Source: the human T2T-CHM13v2.0 reference genome, Homo sapiens
DNA: 64,000 nucleotides
Strand: one strand, 5' to 3'
NCBI RefSeq assembly: GCF_009914755.1
Contig: NC_060936.1
Shown here: positions 12,621-26,881 of the stretch, one piece after another
Position numbering within the stretch: the stretch's first letter is position 1
Layout: each line of letters starts with the position of its first letter
Notes under the pieces: model-generated
Told to the model about the DNA's origin: nothing
Database searches by the model: none
What the model saw: only the letters and a program-made list of their open reading frames with translations
Made by a program: the position numbers and the translations under genes

Positions 12621-13270
12621 AGGCATTGAAGGCAGAGTGGGGGCTGACAGACATCACAGAGAAAGAGCAGCCAGGAAGCAGTCCTGTTAGGAAAATTATT
12701 ACGACTTTCTATTAACATGAGGAGGGGACAGTGTGAGCATATATGAAGGCAAGAACTTGAAGAATGATATACAGTGTGAATGAGAGTGAGGCCATTGTTG
12801 GAGGCTAGAAATACACATTCGGGAGTCATCAGCATGTTAGACTGAATGAAACCACCAAGGCAGATAGATGAAAGTCCTGGTGATTAATCTCTGGCATGGC
12901 ACATCCACAAGTAGAGTTTGCTGAAAGGAGGGGGATCCTGCAGAGGAATCTGAGAAGGAGTTACCAGCAAAGTAGGTGGGGGGGAGATCCAGCAGAGTGT
13001 GTGTTTCAGATACCAAGAGAAGCCTGAGTTTCAAAGACAAGGGTCAAAGATCAAGGGTGGTAAAACTACTGATGAGTCTAGGAAGATACACACTGAGATT
13101 GACATTAGATTAGCAAAGGGAGAGATTATTATTTGTAACTTGAACCAGAGCAATTTGCCTGCAGTTGTAAAGACTGGGCTGACACAGGTTCAAGAAAGAA
13201 GGGCATGAGCCCCAGAGAAAGCAAATATCAAGGCTTCAAGGAATTTTGCTGTAAAGGGAAACAGAGGAGG
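12621..13270 (-). mobile_element. L2 fragment (also ~12100-12280)
   Basis: GGAGTCATCAGCAT, AAACTACTGATGAGTCTAGGAAGAT, GGAATTTTGCTGTAAAGGGAA. Confidence 0.7.
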
Positions 13271-13959
13271 AGTATATAATATGGGATAGCTCCAAACAGA
13301 AATAGAGCCCCCGGCACCCCAATACATCTACCTGCTCCAAAACCCACATTATTCAAGTGTAAGTTTACATTTATGTGTAATACCACCTGGAAAAGGTTTG
13401 ACTATGATAAAAACAAAAGATTAACTGAGAACAACTGAACAAGCCCACATTTTGAAATATGAACTATAGTTTACTAAACAGCTTTCTAAAGCTTATATAT
13501 TTAACAAACAGGAAATTACATGTCTTTGGTTTTAATTTTGACTTCCAATTCCTTCTTTAGATAAAAGTATGTAAACTTCTCAGCCATATTAAGTTAAAGG
13601 AAGTGTCTCTGCTCTAGCTATATTGAAATCCACTTCTTTTCATATTCAGTGGCTTCATCACCTACTTTTTATTTGTTTTTACTATTTATTCCCTTCACTT
13701 TATGAATGAGAATGGTAATTGTTTATAATAGTGACCTCCTTTTCTCTGTTATTTGTTTGTTGTTTTATGTTGGCTCTGGAAAATTTGTATCACTCTGAGT
13801 ATTATGCAAAAGTTTAACTAAATATGTACTATCAAGGGTATTTTTAAGGTTTATTTTCCATCTGTCTGCTCTTTGATAAACCTCTAGGTTCCCTGGCCGT
13901 GGCTTCTTCTGATCTGCTTTAATTCTTGTGGCTTTATGAATTTTTATTTTACTCTCAAG

Positions 13960-14486
13960 TGTGACAGAGATATCCTATGGTAACACCCCTACTGATCCAC
14001 ACCTTTGTGTAATCACCTCCCTTCAATTGTGAGTAGACCTCTAACTTGCTTCCGTCCAGTTGAATATAAAAAAGGTGATGAGATATCTCTCCTATGATTA
14101 TGTTACATTATATAAGACTCAGACTGGAGAGACAGACTCCCCTGCTGGCCTTGAATAAGCCAGCAGACACACTACGGTCTGCCCCTGGAGAAGCACACGT
14201 GACCCAGTTCTTGGGTGAGCCCTAGGACCTGTATGACTGAGGCAGCTTCTTACTGGCCATGGCTCCAAAACTGAATGAGCTTGCAAGTGGATTCCTCCCT
14301 AGTCCAACATTCAGATGTGAACAAAGCCACTTTCACCTTGATTGCAGGTTTGTGAGATTTATCAATGGACCCAGTCAAACCATGCCCAAACTACAGACTC
14401 AAAGAACCTGTCAGATAATAAATGTTTGTTGTTTTAAGCCACTAAATTTGTGATGATTTGTTGTGATGCAATATAAAATGAATACA
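13960..14486 (+). mobile_element. MLT1 (G/H-like) MaLR LTR
   Basis: TG start; CTGCTGGCCTTGAATAAG; end AATAAATGTTTGTTGTTTTAAGCCACTAAATTTGTG..AATACA. Confidence 0.8.
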
Positions 14487-14899
14487 CAATGCTTTCTTTG
14501 TTCTCTAAGACTATGTCTCTTTTTATGTACATATCACTGGATGTTTTTAGACCCAATTTAATAGTCTCTATCATTAAGAGATAGTTTTGACAAATTTCAA
14601 TGTATTATATTTATAGTCATCTCAAATTATTTTTATCATATTTCATATTGTTTATTTGTAATGCTTTCTTTTTCTTTTTTTCCCCTCACTCCTGGTTCTT
14701 GGTTAGATAGCTTGAGTACCCTTCAAGTCTCTTAAAAATTACATATTCTATTTTTGTTTATGGCTGGGTTTCTTGTATATACTTAAAATTATTTAATCCT
14801 ATTTATTCTTAAAACGATTAATATGTATATCTTTCCCCTAGTAAAATAAGTATTTTAGCATATTGCCATGCCAATATTGTCTCCCCTTCCTATTATATT

Positions 14900-15870
14900 A
14901 GTAATGTCTCAAATTTTAATTAGCAATAAGCTATACCACCTCAACTTCACACAGCATCTTCTGGACCGATTAACTAATGAGAATTTCCTTTGAATATGTT
15001 TTGATTTGGGTCTTTGGCAAAGCCTGTGATGTTTCATATGCCTGAGAATATTTTTACATTATGCCTTAATTTTGGAATGACAAGTTTGTAGGCTATAAAT
15101 TTGGTTCACAGCTTCTTTTAAAAACTTAAAGATGTTGTTCCATTATTGTCTAGGTTGCAATGTTTCTATTAAGAAGTCTGAATCTAATTTTTTTGTCTCC
15201 CCTAGGTAATCTGCTTTTTCCCCTCTGGAAGCTGTTAGAATTTTCTTTTGGCCTTTGGTATTCTTAAATGTCACTCTCAGATATCTAGATATAGGTTTTC
15301 CCCTTGTCCTGCCTACTTAACACTTCAGTTCCTCTTTTAATCTAATGTGTTTATCAGTTCTGGAAATTTGTCTCCAGTATTTCTCAAAATATATCCTTAT
15401 TTTCATTTTTATTTTTCTCTCCTTCTTAAACTCCTGTCATTTTCTCTGTACCTGTTAGGTTTCTTTTATCCTTTCCTTCTGTCCTCTGATCTTCCAGCTC
15501 ACCATTTTTTTCTCTACTTAAGTTCACTCTTTAAAAAAATCTTATCTACTGTTTTCTCAATTTCAACTATTACAATATTCATACCTAATGTTTGCAATTG
15601 CTTCTTTTTTATGATTTTTGTACTTGCTTGAAGATGCTAATATCATTCTCCATATTTCTCCATGTTCTTTCTCATATTTGTCATGACAACTTTTAATTGT
15701 TGGTCCATGTGTATCAATAGCTCTGCTTCAGGTGGGATGCTAATTCTATTGTAGCTAGTGTAGGTAGTATATGTTGTTCAGCTTTTGCCTTTCTTTTACA
15801 ATATTATATAATATTATTTCTCAAATGTCAATTTATTTTGTCTTGTAACTTCACATTTAGCTTCTCTCTT
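14900..15870 (-). mobile_element. Old L1M fragment
   Basis: TTAAAGATGTTGTTCCATTATTGTCTAGG..AAGAAGTCTG..TATCAGTTCTGGAAATTT; T-rich antisense L1 composition. Confidence 0.6.
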
Positions 15871-17639
15871 CGGCTCCTGTATGTTAGGAAGGGGCCTAAG
15901 CCTAGGCCCTAGATTATGACAGCAGCACTAAATTCAGAGAGAGGGAAGATAAAGCCCAATGTAGAGAGCTCCTAGTACCACAAAGCCACTCCCCTGGGGG
16001 AAATCCTCCAACCTGACTTTAATTCTAAACACTTTAGGAGAAGCAGGATGGGGAGATGAAACCTCCCTAGGCTATAATCCATCAGACTTGGAGGTTTAGA
16101 AGGGAAGGAGAGGATGCTCAGGGGAGTTACTTATTCTGTATCTGTTTTTATCAACTCCTTGCCCCAGAAAGGCTTTGCATTGCTTTGAAATTACCCCATG
16201 GACACCAGGAGCAACAGCTTGATCTACATAGGTTTAAGAATACATGGTAGTCAATGACTGCCAGCCGCCATGTGCCAGCCACCAAGAAGCAAGAGCAGAT
16301 CCTCCAACCAACGTTCTGTCTACAGCGTGCAGCATCCTTCTCTTCCTCCTCTCTCCACATTGCCCCTCCCTCACACTTTCCAAAAGCACCAGTTCCAACA
16401 GCTTTCAGAGCTGGCTTTCAGGAAGAGTCAGCAGCTTATGCTAGCTCACTGTCTTCATTGTATGTTTTTTCTCTACTTGGTCTCAGGCCTGTCCATATAC
16501 CATCTCTAAGCTTCAGCAAAGAGAGGACATTTTTAGGAAAAAAAGGAAGAAATTTTCCAGGTTCAGTAAAACAGAAAAGTACTGCCAATCCCACTAAGCA
16601 CATACATTCTAATATTTCTGGTACTACAACATCAAACCCTTTTTGGTAGCTGTAGCTACCTGTGATGTTATTGTTTAACCAGTTAGTTCATTTGTGTAAT
16701 GATTTAATACAATTGAACATTCATATCCACCTTTATCAACCTATAGAAAAAACACGAAGTCCTAGAAAACAGTGGTACAATTCATCCATTCAGTTAGTCA
16801 AAAACCATTTAAGGAGCATTTTCTATGTGCCAGCCTCTAGGCTATAGCAACAAATGTGACTAGAATGAAGTACTTGTCTTCAAGAGACCCTCACTAAATG
16901 AATCCTAATTGAGATAAACAGTCTTTTAAAAATAAAATTAAATATATTCATAGACTTTGTACAAAGTCCCAGTGGAGTCCAGAGAAGGGAGCTCGTAACT
17001 TACTAGGTAGGAGTACAAAGATTTCCTGGAGATGAGTCAGCTGAGGATGTGCCACAAAATCAAGGTCATGGTGTTCTGGACTCTCAGAAACTTTTAATTT
17101 ACAAGATCTACCCTTAACTACTCCAAAATCTCTAAGCACGGACTTTGCCTGCCATTGCAAAAAAGTAAAAATAAAACTGGTCTGACGGTTGCTGCCTGAG
17201 CCTAAAAGTTGTTTGCTAATAGTTTGTATTGATTACAATTATTATAATATATACAGTTTAGTATATACTGATTCTGAATGCGAGTGTGGTTATGTGTAAG
17301 CCAGTGTCTCCCTATCTAGATGTGGGCTTGCATGTATACCAACGGGTAAGCACCAGGGCTTTTGAAACCCTGACATGTGGTCATGTACATATTCAAGATG
17401 AGGATGTGAAGCCATGAAAAGTTTATCTCCTGCCTTGTTGCTACTTACTTTTCACCATTTCCTCTACCTAGGACCAATGAACAAATCAGTTCTGGGAGCA
17501 AAGTTAGAAGTTTCAGCTCTTAAGCCTCCAGTAGGTACCTTATTACCAAATCTACATGAGCTCTATCATGATGGAGCAAGGACTATCTCACTTACATCAT
17601 TTCTTACGCTAAGTCTTCATGAAAAGATTTTACAAACAA

Positions 17640-17860
17640 AAGGCATCAAAGGCTTATTTAGCAAATATGCATTTGGCATTGCTGTGTTCCAGGTATTGGT
17701 GTAGGTGCTAGGGATATAGAAGTAACCAACACAGAATTTCTACTTCATAAAATTTATACTCTGATGAGGCAGGGAGACATTGAATAAGTAATTACAAATA
17801 TGGTGAATGCTATAAAAGAGAAGTATGGGGTGCTGTGGAAGCATAGAGCAGGGTGCTTTA
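17640..17860 (-). mobile_element. L2 3' end
   Basis: CTGTGTTCCAGGTATTGGTGTAGGTGCTAGGGATATAG. Confidence 0.7.
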
Positions 17861-18254
17861 ACTTGTCACTTCTAAAGAACTACTGTGGTAAATTGAGATT
17901 TCACATTAAAACCAATAGGACTAGAATTGTATGCCTCATTTTTCAGAGGTTGTATTGTGAATGGTTTGTGCTTTTTATACGTGATACTCACGGAGGAATC
18001 TTGAGGCCACAGGATAAACACAATGCATATTTCTAGGGTTTCAGTTTTATTTGAAGACTTCAGAAAACAAACATTTTATATGAAAACAAATATAGATATA
18101 CTATGGAGTAGACTGTATGCATGTTAAAGATAAAAGATGAAACTTCAAAGAAATTTCACACTTGCTGTGCTTCCCTTTGAACTATACCCCCATACTCCCT
18201 AGGGGTGTATATTCATTCTCGTCTGCCTTTAGGGGTACTTTATAAAAAATAATG

Positions 18255-18500
18255 TTTAGCAAGCGACGGATGGAAAGAGCATGGAGTCAAAGAGATTTGG
18301 ATTTGGGGTCTGGCGCCATTCAGAATAAGTGGGTAGCCCTCATCAAGCTAGGTAACCTCTGTGACTCAGTTTCATCGGGGATAACATAGAAATAATCTCG
18401 TACTTCTCTACATTGCTGTGAAGATTTAGTTGTAGCAAATAGAAAAATTTCAGGACAGTGTTTGCTTCAAAACAGGCACTTAAAATATTAGTTACGTCTT
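18255..18500 (+). mobile_element. MIR
   Basis: GGAAAGAGCATGGAGTCA..AACCTCTGTGACTCAGTTTCATC. Confidence 0.7.
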
Positions 18501-20597
18501 CCCAATAACAGTGAAATAAATGATTGTCTAACAATCTTATTGCTTAAACTCAGCACGGCTAGAACTATAGAAGGAACAACTCAAGAAAGCAGGTTTTAGA
18601 AAGCCCCGTGTTATGTTACCATCTGTTTATCCATTCGCATAATAGCTACTGTAATAACAGCTAACAAATGTGAGTGTATGTGTGGGGAATCTGAAATGTT
18701 GTAAACTGTAATTTAAGGAAACAAAACAAACAAACCTATCCATGTTCCATATGTTGATATATTTTTATTCTACTGCTATTTTTAACCATTTCATATATAA
18801 AGGGAAAAAATAACAACAACCAAAATTATATTCATCCCTGTTATGAATGAAATACAGGATTAAAGAGTATAAGAGTCTTTGGTAAACCCTCTATCAATAT
18901 AAAACTGTAATATGTGGTTCTATAATTACAAAGATAGGCTAATAAAGGGCTTCGTGATTCTTGATACTAGGTACTCTCAAATCCAGGCAGTTGTCATATT
19001 CATTTTTTAAAAATTCAGTCTCAACTGAATTTTGTTCTCTCCTTTAACATCCTAAGCCCCAGTGAATGAGGCAAACTGAAAAATTAGCTGATTATATCTT
19101 GATATTTTTCATATATAGAAATAAATATATATAAGAATGATATATATGTTAAAATTCATTTTAATTTTTCCAATTTTGTATCTAAAATAGAATTCAGTGT
19201 CTTAAGATTGCAATAGACTAATTAAATAAAGAATTTCTACTTGCCTTACCTAATGGAACCAAGAAAAAAGAAAACATATCAGGGTTGTGTTTAGTCTCAA
19301 ACTTTGTTACTTAAAATATTTTATAATAAAAGTGCTGTGACATAAACCTGAGTTGCTGATTAAAGGCTTCTTTATCAGTAGCCGCAGTGAAGCAAAAAGC
19401 AGCTTCATAGGGAGCATGGTGGGCCTGAGCCACGCCGCCATGGAGAAGGTCGCAACAGTTCAGCAGGTATAGATCAGGCAGCGCTCCTGGCCTCACTCAG
19501 AGGAGGCCCAGAGAAGTGATTCCCAGTGAGGAGGAGCATGTGTATGTCCTTGACTGACTGCCAGGTTCTAAAAGGTACAAAGGGAGGCTTCAGCTCCTAG
19601 CAGTCCTCAAGACTGGAGTGATGGAATGATGGTTTTAATGTCAAAAAATCCAGGAATTCTAGTTGCCTCAAGGTAAGACAATGTCTTTGGACTACTGTAA
19701 ATGGGTAAGTGTCTGGCATTTTTTTAAGGTTCCTGGTGGCTATTTCACATTATTGCTTAAAGACAAGACTGAATTACTCTTACCAACAACTAAGTGTAGG
19801 GTAGAAATCTTTGCCTGCATTGGACATGCACAATCATACCAAATACATTAGCTTATGACTCTAATTTAGCAATGTAAACAGAAGCTACTGCCAGCATCAT
19901 TCTAAGGCTATATGGCCAGCCCCAATTTTTTTTTTTTTTCTTTAAGTTTGGGGCTCATGGAAAAGTGGCATCTCACCACATGTCCCACCAACTTCCCTGT
20001 TGCGGTGGATCCTGCTAATCCCTGCAACAGACAGATCTGGATCCTCCCCTGACGGGAAGCTTCCTGAGAAAGCCTCAGGCCCACAGAAAATGGCACAGCT
20101 CCTCCTATTAAAAGTGAAGAGAAAGAAATCTGACACTTCAAGCTTCTGCAGCTGCTTTCTCTATCAATTTATTTTCATGGATATGTGAAACACCAAGTTC
20201 TTTAACATGACTTTTCAGATTTCTAGCAGCTCTTGAATTTATTTGACAACTTTAATTGTCTAAAATTAAGACTGATTTTTTTTGTTGTTGTTTCTAAGAT
20301 TCATCCTAGTATCTGGTAGACAGTACATGTCTTTAGTAATGCTAAGATTCTTGGTGAATGTGCCTTTCTTCTCTAAATAAAAATATCTAAGAGGGCTTCA
20401 TGTTATTCTCTACCTCTATGCATCTCTTACAGTCAAATTGGTCCCCTTGGATAAAAGATCAGCTCGCTCTCATTCTGAAGCCCCAAAATACTAAATCCAC
20501 ATTTTTCAGAGAGATTTAGCATAAAAATTAGTTAGGGTTCTCTAGTTGCAAAAAACAGAAACCAACTCTAGGTAACTTAAGCTAAAGAGAACATCAG

Positions 20598-20880
20598 GGG
20601 CAGGGCACAGTGGCTCACGCCTGTAATCCCAGCACTTTGGGAGGCCGAGGCCGGTGGATCACCTGAGGTCAAGAGTTTGAGACCAGGCAGGCCAACATGC
20701 CAACATGGTGAAACGCCGCCTCTACTAAACATATAAGAAATAAAATAAAAAAAAAGGTAACCGGGTGTGGTGGTGGGAGCCTGAGGCAGGAGAATCGCTT
20801 GAACTCAGGAGGTGGAGGATGCAGTGAGCCCAGATCGCACCACTGTACTCCAGCCTGGGCAACAAGAGTGAAATTCTTAA
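20598..20880 (+). mobile_element. AluS with a right-arm deletion and an eroded tail
   Basis: Left arm intact with a short duplication (GCCAACATGCCAACATGG); right arm lacks TGTAATCCCAGCTACT. Confidence 0.93.
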
Positions 20881-21979
20881 GAAGCAAAAATGGATAATAG
20901 GTTACTCATACATATTATTTTTCTTTATGAATTGCAATATTCCTGACAGACTGTACAATAGATTTATTTGTACCCTCAGTTCTTCCACAAAACTGGTGCT
21001 GGATACAGTTATTGATATTAATAGTGATCAAGGTTTCTTAAGCATTAACCTTTAACTGCTGTCTTTTAACCAGAACTGGTATCTTTGATGTCTATGGTTT
21101 GCCATAGCACTCCCTGTTTTCTGAAGTCCCTATTATCCTCACCAGAGTAATATTTCCAAGTAAAAATTATTGTGAAAAACACCAGGAGTTCTTGCTTTCC
21201 TATAACCACAGGCATAGACCCAGGACTTTATTTAAAGCCCAAAATTTTTATCACAAATATTCATTAGTGAATTAAACAAATGCCTGCCTGTGGTATTACC
21301 TTTTAGACTTGATCTAAAGTTTCAGAAAGATATCTAAATTGAATAAACTGCAACAAGTGTAAACCCAAAAGCTGCAGCAACATCCTTTTTTTTTTTTTAC
21401 CTACTGCATTTCTCTGTTCTTGAAGTAATGACTCATTTCTTGAGAACCTCTGGTCTCCAAGCTCTGAAATTCTCCAAAAGTGATTGGCACATGCCTAAGT
21501 TTCCAATTACACTTTCTATGTGTCCCAGATGAAAGCTTCTCCTTTTCATTTACATTTTTCCTCAATTATTTTCTCATTCAGGGAAGGGCTCTAGAGAACG
21601 ACACAACCAAAATTATGTCCAGTTAATTTGCAGTTCTTGGGTTGTTCTCATGCTGTATTGGCAGTAATAAATCTTTGTGTCTTTGTCCTGACATAATTTG
21701 GTCCTTAAGGTATGTGGAAAGTTGACTTCTTTTTAAGGTGAGATGGAAATATACTGAGTAATGTAGTTTAATTTGAACATTAATCTAAATATCTGTTCAC
21801 TGTGGGGAAACATTTGAGAGGAACCATCATTGACGGAGATGAAACTAGAAATTGTGTGAAGAGGCCTGAGTCTGACCAGGTGTGATTTTAGAAAGCTAAT
21901 TTTACTGCCTTGAAATTCCAGTGATGATGTCACTCATCTTACAAGGTGGTTATGTAAATTATCTGATATGATCTATTTA

Positions 21980-23000
21980 CTCAATGATTCAGCAAATATT
22001 ATTTGTGCTCCAACTACATGGCAATCCCCATGCTAGGCACTGGAAACACAGAAGTTAATAAAACAGACAAGGACCCTGCCACGTGAAGCTTGCATTTTAT
22101 TGGAAGAAGAAAAATATTAAACAAATAAATACAATAAAGACGTATATAATAGCATAGTATCAGATAATGATAGTTGATTTTAAGAAAATGAAACAGGATA
22201 ACAGAATGGACAGTGAGGGCAGGTATTTGATTAGGATGGTTGAAGAAGACCTCTCTGAGAAGATAACATTTGAATAGAGGTGTGGATGATAGAAAGAAGC
22301 TGGCCAGGAAAAAGGGATGGAAGAACAGCTTTCTGGACAGAGAGACCAGCTAGTGACGAGGCTTAATAGAAAGAGTTTGACATGGAGCAGGACGGGCAAG
22401 GAAATTAACGGTAAGAGATCACCCAGGAGAGGTATGCAGGGATCAGACACTGGTGGATCATTTAGGCCATAAGAAGAAATCTTAATTTTATTCTAATTGC
22501 AATAGGAAACCATTGAAGAGTTTCCACCAGGGAATAATAGATTAACATATTAATATCTTATTTTCTGCTATTTTAGAATTGGTTGTAGAAGGGAACTGTA
22601 GAAATTGAGAAAAAATTAGGATGCTATTGCCCAGAGATTTGAATAAACGGTCATGAAAATAGAAGTGTTGGGATTTGGGATATATTAGAGCTGACAGGAT
22701 TTGCTGATAGATTGGATGTAGGGAGATGATGCTGAAGAAAGGAAACCTGGATGATATATTTTGGGGCTGGGAAACTAATGGAATGAATGGTGGTACAACG
22801 AACTGTTTTGTGGAATATTGGGGAAAAAGTAGGGTTGGAGGGTTGTGGGAGTGAAGAGACGCAGGTGAGCAGGGTAAGAAATTAAGACAGTTTGGATGTG
22901 TTAAGTTTGAAACACTTATTAAGCATCAAGTAGAAACACCTATATGACTCTAGTGCACAGGGTAAAATGAGAGCTGAAGGAATAATAAATCATCATCACT
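21980..23000 (-). mobile_element. L2 (~1 kb)
   Basis: ATGCTAGGCACTGGAAACACAG..GAAGACCTCTCTGAGAAGATAACATTTGA..GACAGGATTTGCTGATAGATTGGATGT. Confidence 0.85.
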
Positions 23001-23024
23001 CTGTATGTAAAGTGAGTGTTGAAT

Positions 23025-23111
23025 TCATCCATCCATCCATCCATCCATTCATCCATCCATCCACCTATCCATCCATCCATCTATCCACCCATCCATTTAT
23101 CCACCTATCCA
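23025..23111. repeat. (CCAT)n tetranucleotide repeat
   Basis: Seen directly. Confidence 0.95.
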
Positions 23112-23824
23112 ATATTTTCTAAATGTTTACCTTCTTATTACTTACAAATTATAATTGCTTGTTATTACAGATGCTCATTAAATGTGAGTGGGGCCTGAAT
23201 CATAAACTTTTATGAGATATAGTTTCCATCATGTTTCTTATATATAATCCCTCTTTGTGAAATCTGTAGCCAACAATGTAAGATACAATTTCATATTCAG
23301 GAAAATTTAATTTGGTGAAGGACACCACTGAGTACTACTTAAGTTTTTTTCCCCATTCAAGTAACTCCAGAGAATCTCTAATTTTTCTTAATATTTCCAA
23401 GAGAATCCATATATAAACAATTGACAAATAGTCCTAAACTGGACTCCAGTCTAAAAAACTAATTTACCTGAAAAATATGTAGAGTTGCTAAGTCTTATAA
23501 TCAGTTTCCATTTGTTTCTTTTTGTCGAGATTCCTTTAGTTTATTAATAGAATTAACAGATTAGAAAATGACCTGGGAAAGTTGCTCAGGAAAGAGGAGA
23601 GAAAACTGAAAATAGCTGTCACTTACAAGAAAGAAAATACTACATTTGAAAAACCTTAAGATTTGCCATCAGCTTAACATTATAGATATTCTAAGGAATT
23701 AGAAATTCTTGGTACTATACAATAAAAAATTTGCAATGTTTTGGAGAACGTTTTATTTCTGAGACAGAGAACTAGAGACTGGGAAAGAATAAGGGTTGCA
23801 TGACTGAAAAGTATCCAGAATAAC

Positions 23825-24030
23825 AGGAAGAAAGAAAGAAAGAAAAAAAGAAAGGAAGGAAGGAAGGAAGGAAGGGAGGGAGGGAGGGAGGGAGAGAGAG
23901 AGAAAGAAAAGAAAAAGAAAGAAAGAAAGAGAAAGGAAGGAAGGAAGGGAAAGAGGGAGGGAGGGAGGGAAAGGCAGGAAGGAAGGGAAAGAGGGAGGGA
24001 GGGAGGGAAAGGAAGGAAGGAAGGAAGAAA
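23825..24030. repeat. Polypurine GAAA/GGAA/GGGA compound repeat
   Basis: ~205 nt of purines with a single C at 23975. Confidence 0.95.
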
Positions 24031-24724
24031 CTAATTTTATGTGGTAAGCTAAGGAGATTTTTTTGTTAACAAAACATGTAGTAGTTACTGGAATTTTCTT
24101 CTGCTACAAAATTTCAGCTTTCTTGGATTCAGAGAAGATAGTATTTGCTAATCATTTGAACCATAAGATAACATTTTAATGAGAATTATATAATTTCACT
24201 GGAAGGGAAAATGTTCTAAAGCCTCCCAGTAGAAATTGACGGCGTGTATTTAAAACTGTCTGACACGTTCTACAGTCAAACATGGATTCAATACTGGGAA
24301 AGAAAGGCTGGGGCCTCCTTTGTCAGAATTTTTGTCTTTTGGAATTGCATTCTTTGATGTTAGAAGTCTAGATTTTTGGTGTAGTTCTACTTCCTCACAC
24401 TATGGCAAGGGAGTCTAAATAATTGAAAGTAATGGAATCAGAAATAATCTTTCACACTTTGTTCACAGTCTGAGCCCCATGGGCAATAATTGTTCCTGTA
24501 CCGTCTGCACAGTGTTTCTCAGGCTGCCTATCAGACTGTGAAACGCTTTTACGGGAGAGGGCGCCTGAGTGAAGAGCTCGCAGGCTGAGAATGCATAGGA
24601 CAAAGCACATCATGGGCGAAGTGTAGAAAAGCATACAGCTGCAGAAACAAATGAAGTGTGATTAGAGGAGCCACAGTCACTGCTGAGGGGGCGAATATGA
24701 AAAACAAGGGATGAATATTCAGAG

Positions 24725-25300
<576 letters not shown>

Positions 25301-25409
25301 ATTTCCAAGCCTTAGGAGAGTTTAAGAATGAGTTCAAAAATCACACGAAGTGAAGCATGGGCTAATATTCACAACTACTCTTTATCCTTACCCAAGGACA
25401 TTTTTAGTA

Positions 25410-25410
<1 letters not shown>

Positions 25411-25453
<43 letters not shown>
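25411..25453. repeat. (CA)n microsatellite
   Basis: Seen directly. Confidence 0.95.
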
Positions 25454-25455
<2 letters not shown>

Positions 25456-26323
25456 GTCAATCCAATCATGGACCTGGCTGGGGTAGGGTTAGGAATACAT
25501 TTCAGGAGAAGCCTAGTACGTTTCAACTGAAAAATAATAACCAGAGATTAAAGAACTGTGTTATGGCTCCAGAGGGGAAAAAGTAGAAAATTCTTCAGGG
25601 CACGTTATTGATATTTTATGAGAATTTGATAAAGCAGAGCATTAGAGAGTGAGTGCTAAATTTGTGCAGGGTAATAAAGGCTTCAGTAGGTAATAAGAAT
25701 CTTGGACCCTGCACACATAAGTTGCTCTAAGAGGCTTAGTAATTGCCTAAATGAAAGGACATTGCCATTTCTGCAATCACAATTCAAATCCAGGGGTCAC
25801 TTATGGTTGACAATGTTATTGATGCTGTTCCTTCTTCTGTGGCACAGGAAGCTTTTAGCATGAAGCAGTTTTCAGCTGTTTCCTGTATATTGTTCATTTC
25901 ACCATCATTTCAATGAGATATTTTACCTTTGTTTAGAAAACATTTTGAATACTAGAGCCTTCTCATATAAAGCTTTGTGGTCTGAATATAACATCAATGA
26001 TATGAATGTGAGCAACAAAGAAAATTTGATGAAAACGAAGTCCAAAGTACTTACATCAGTGACATTTTTGTTTTTATACTCCTGGAGATTATCACATGCA
26101 GAATTATAATTCTAATCATACTTTCATCTTCTTCAGGTGAATCAAACAAATTCAAGATATATTAAAGGGATGCACTCACATTTGAAATTGTCCTAAATAA
26201 TCTTGACCCAAAGTACATGACAAGCTCATTACTCTCTTGAATTATAATATTGATAATCCATGTCCAATGCCTTGTTAGAGGAATAACTCGGGTGACAGCA
26301 AGATAATGTTCCCCAGTAATTTA

Positions 26324-26881
26324 CTGTGTTGGGGATCCCCAAGACCACCCCCTGGTTTGATACTTCCCTATAAGGACTCACAGGACTCAACTTATAATCA
26401 TGTTCATGGCAAAGATTGGTTACAGGGAAAAGGAACAAATCAAAATCAAGAAAGGGAGAAAGCACATGGGGCAGACGTCAGAGGAAACCAGGCATAAGCT
26501 ATCAAGAGTTGTCTTCCAGGGGAGTCACACAGAACGTTCTTTATTCCCCCAGCCAGTGATTTGTAACAACATGTGTGAAATTTTATCTGCCAGGGAAGCT
26601 TGTTAGAGACTCAGCACCCTGGGTTTTTATTGGGGGCTGGTCACATGGGCACTCTCTATGTAGCTTGTACCAAAATGTCAGGTTTCCAAAAGGAAAGCAG
26701 ATGTCTAGCATAAACCATATTGTTTATGTAATTTAGGCACAGTGAGCCACTCTTATTATTTAGGGAGAGTTTTATATTAGTGCAGGGAACCATTTGCCAC
26801 ACAAGCTCATAGACACCAGCCAAGAGACAACCTTGCAAGCAGATGTCTCCAAAGATAGCAGTTCCAGGCTCTTTTCTGCAA
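26324..26881 (-). mobile_element. MER68-like ERVL solo LTR
   Basis: GGGGATCCCCAAGACCACCCCC..GGACTCACAGGACTC..AACCTTGCAAGCAG..GATAGCAG..CTCTTTTCTGCA; ~560 bp. Confidence 0.7.

Noticed and set aside
19440-19472. MEKV start resembles phospholamban
   Set aside because: Only four residues match; there is no transmembrane segment and the frame stops early.
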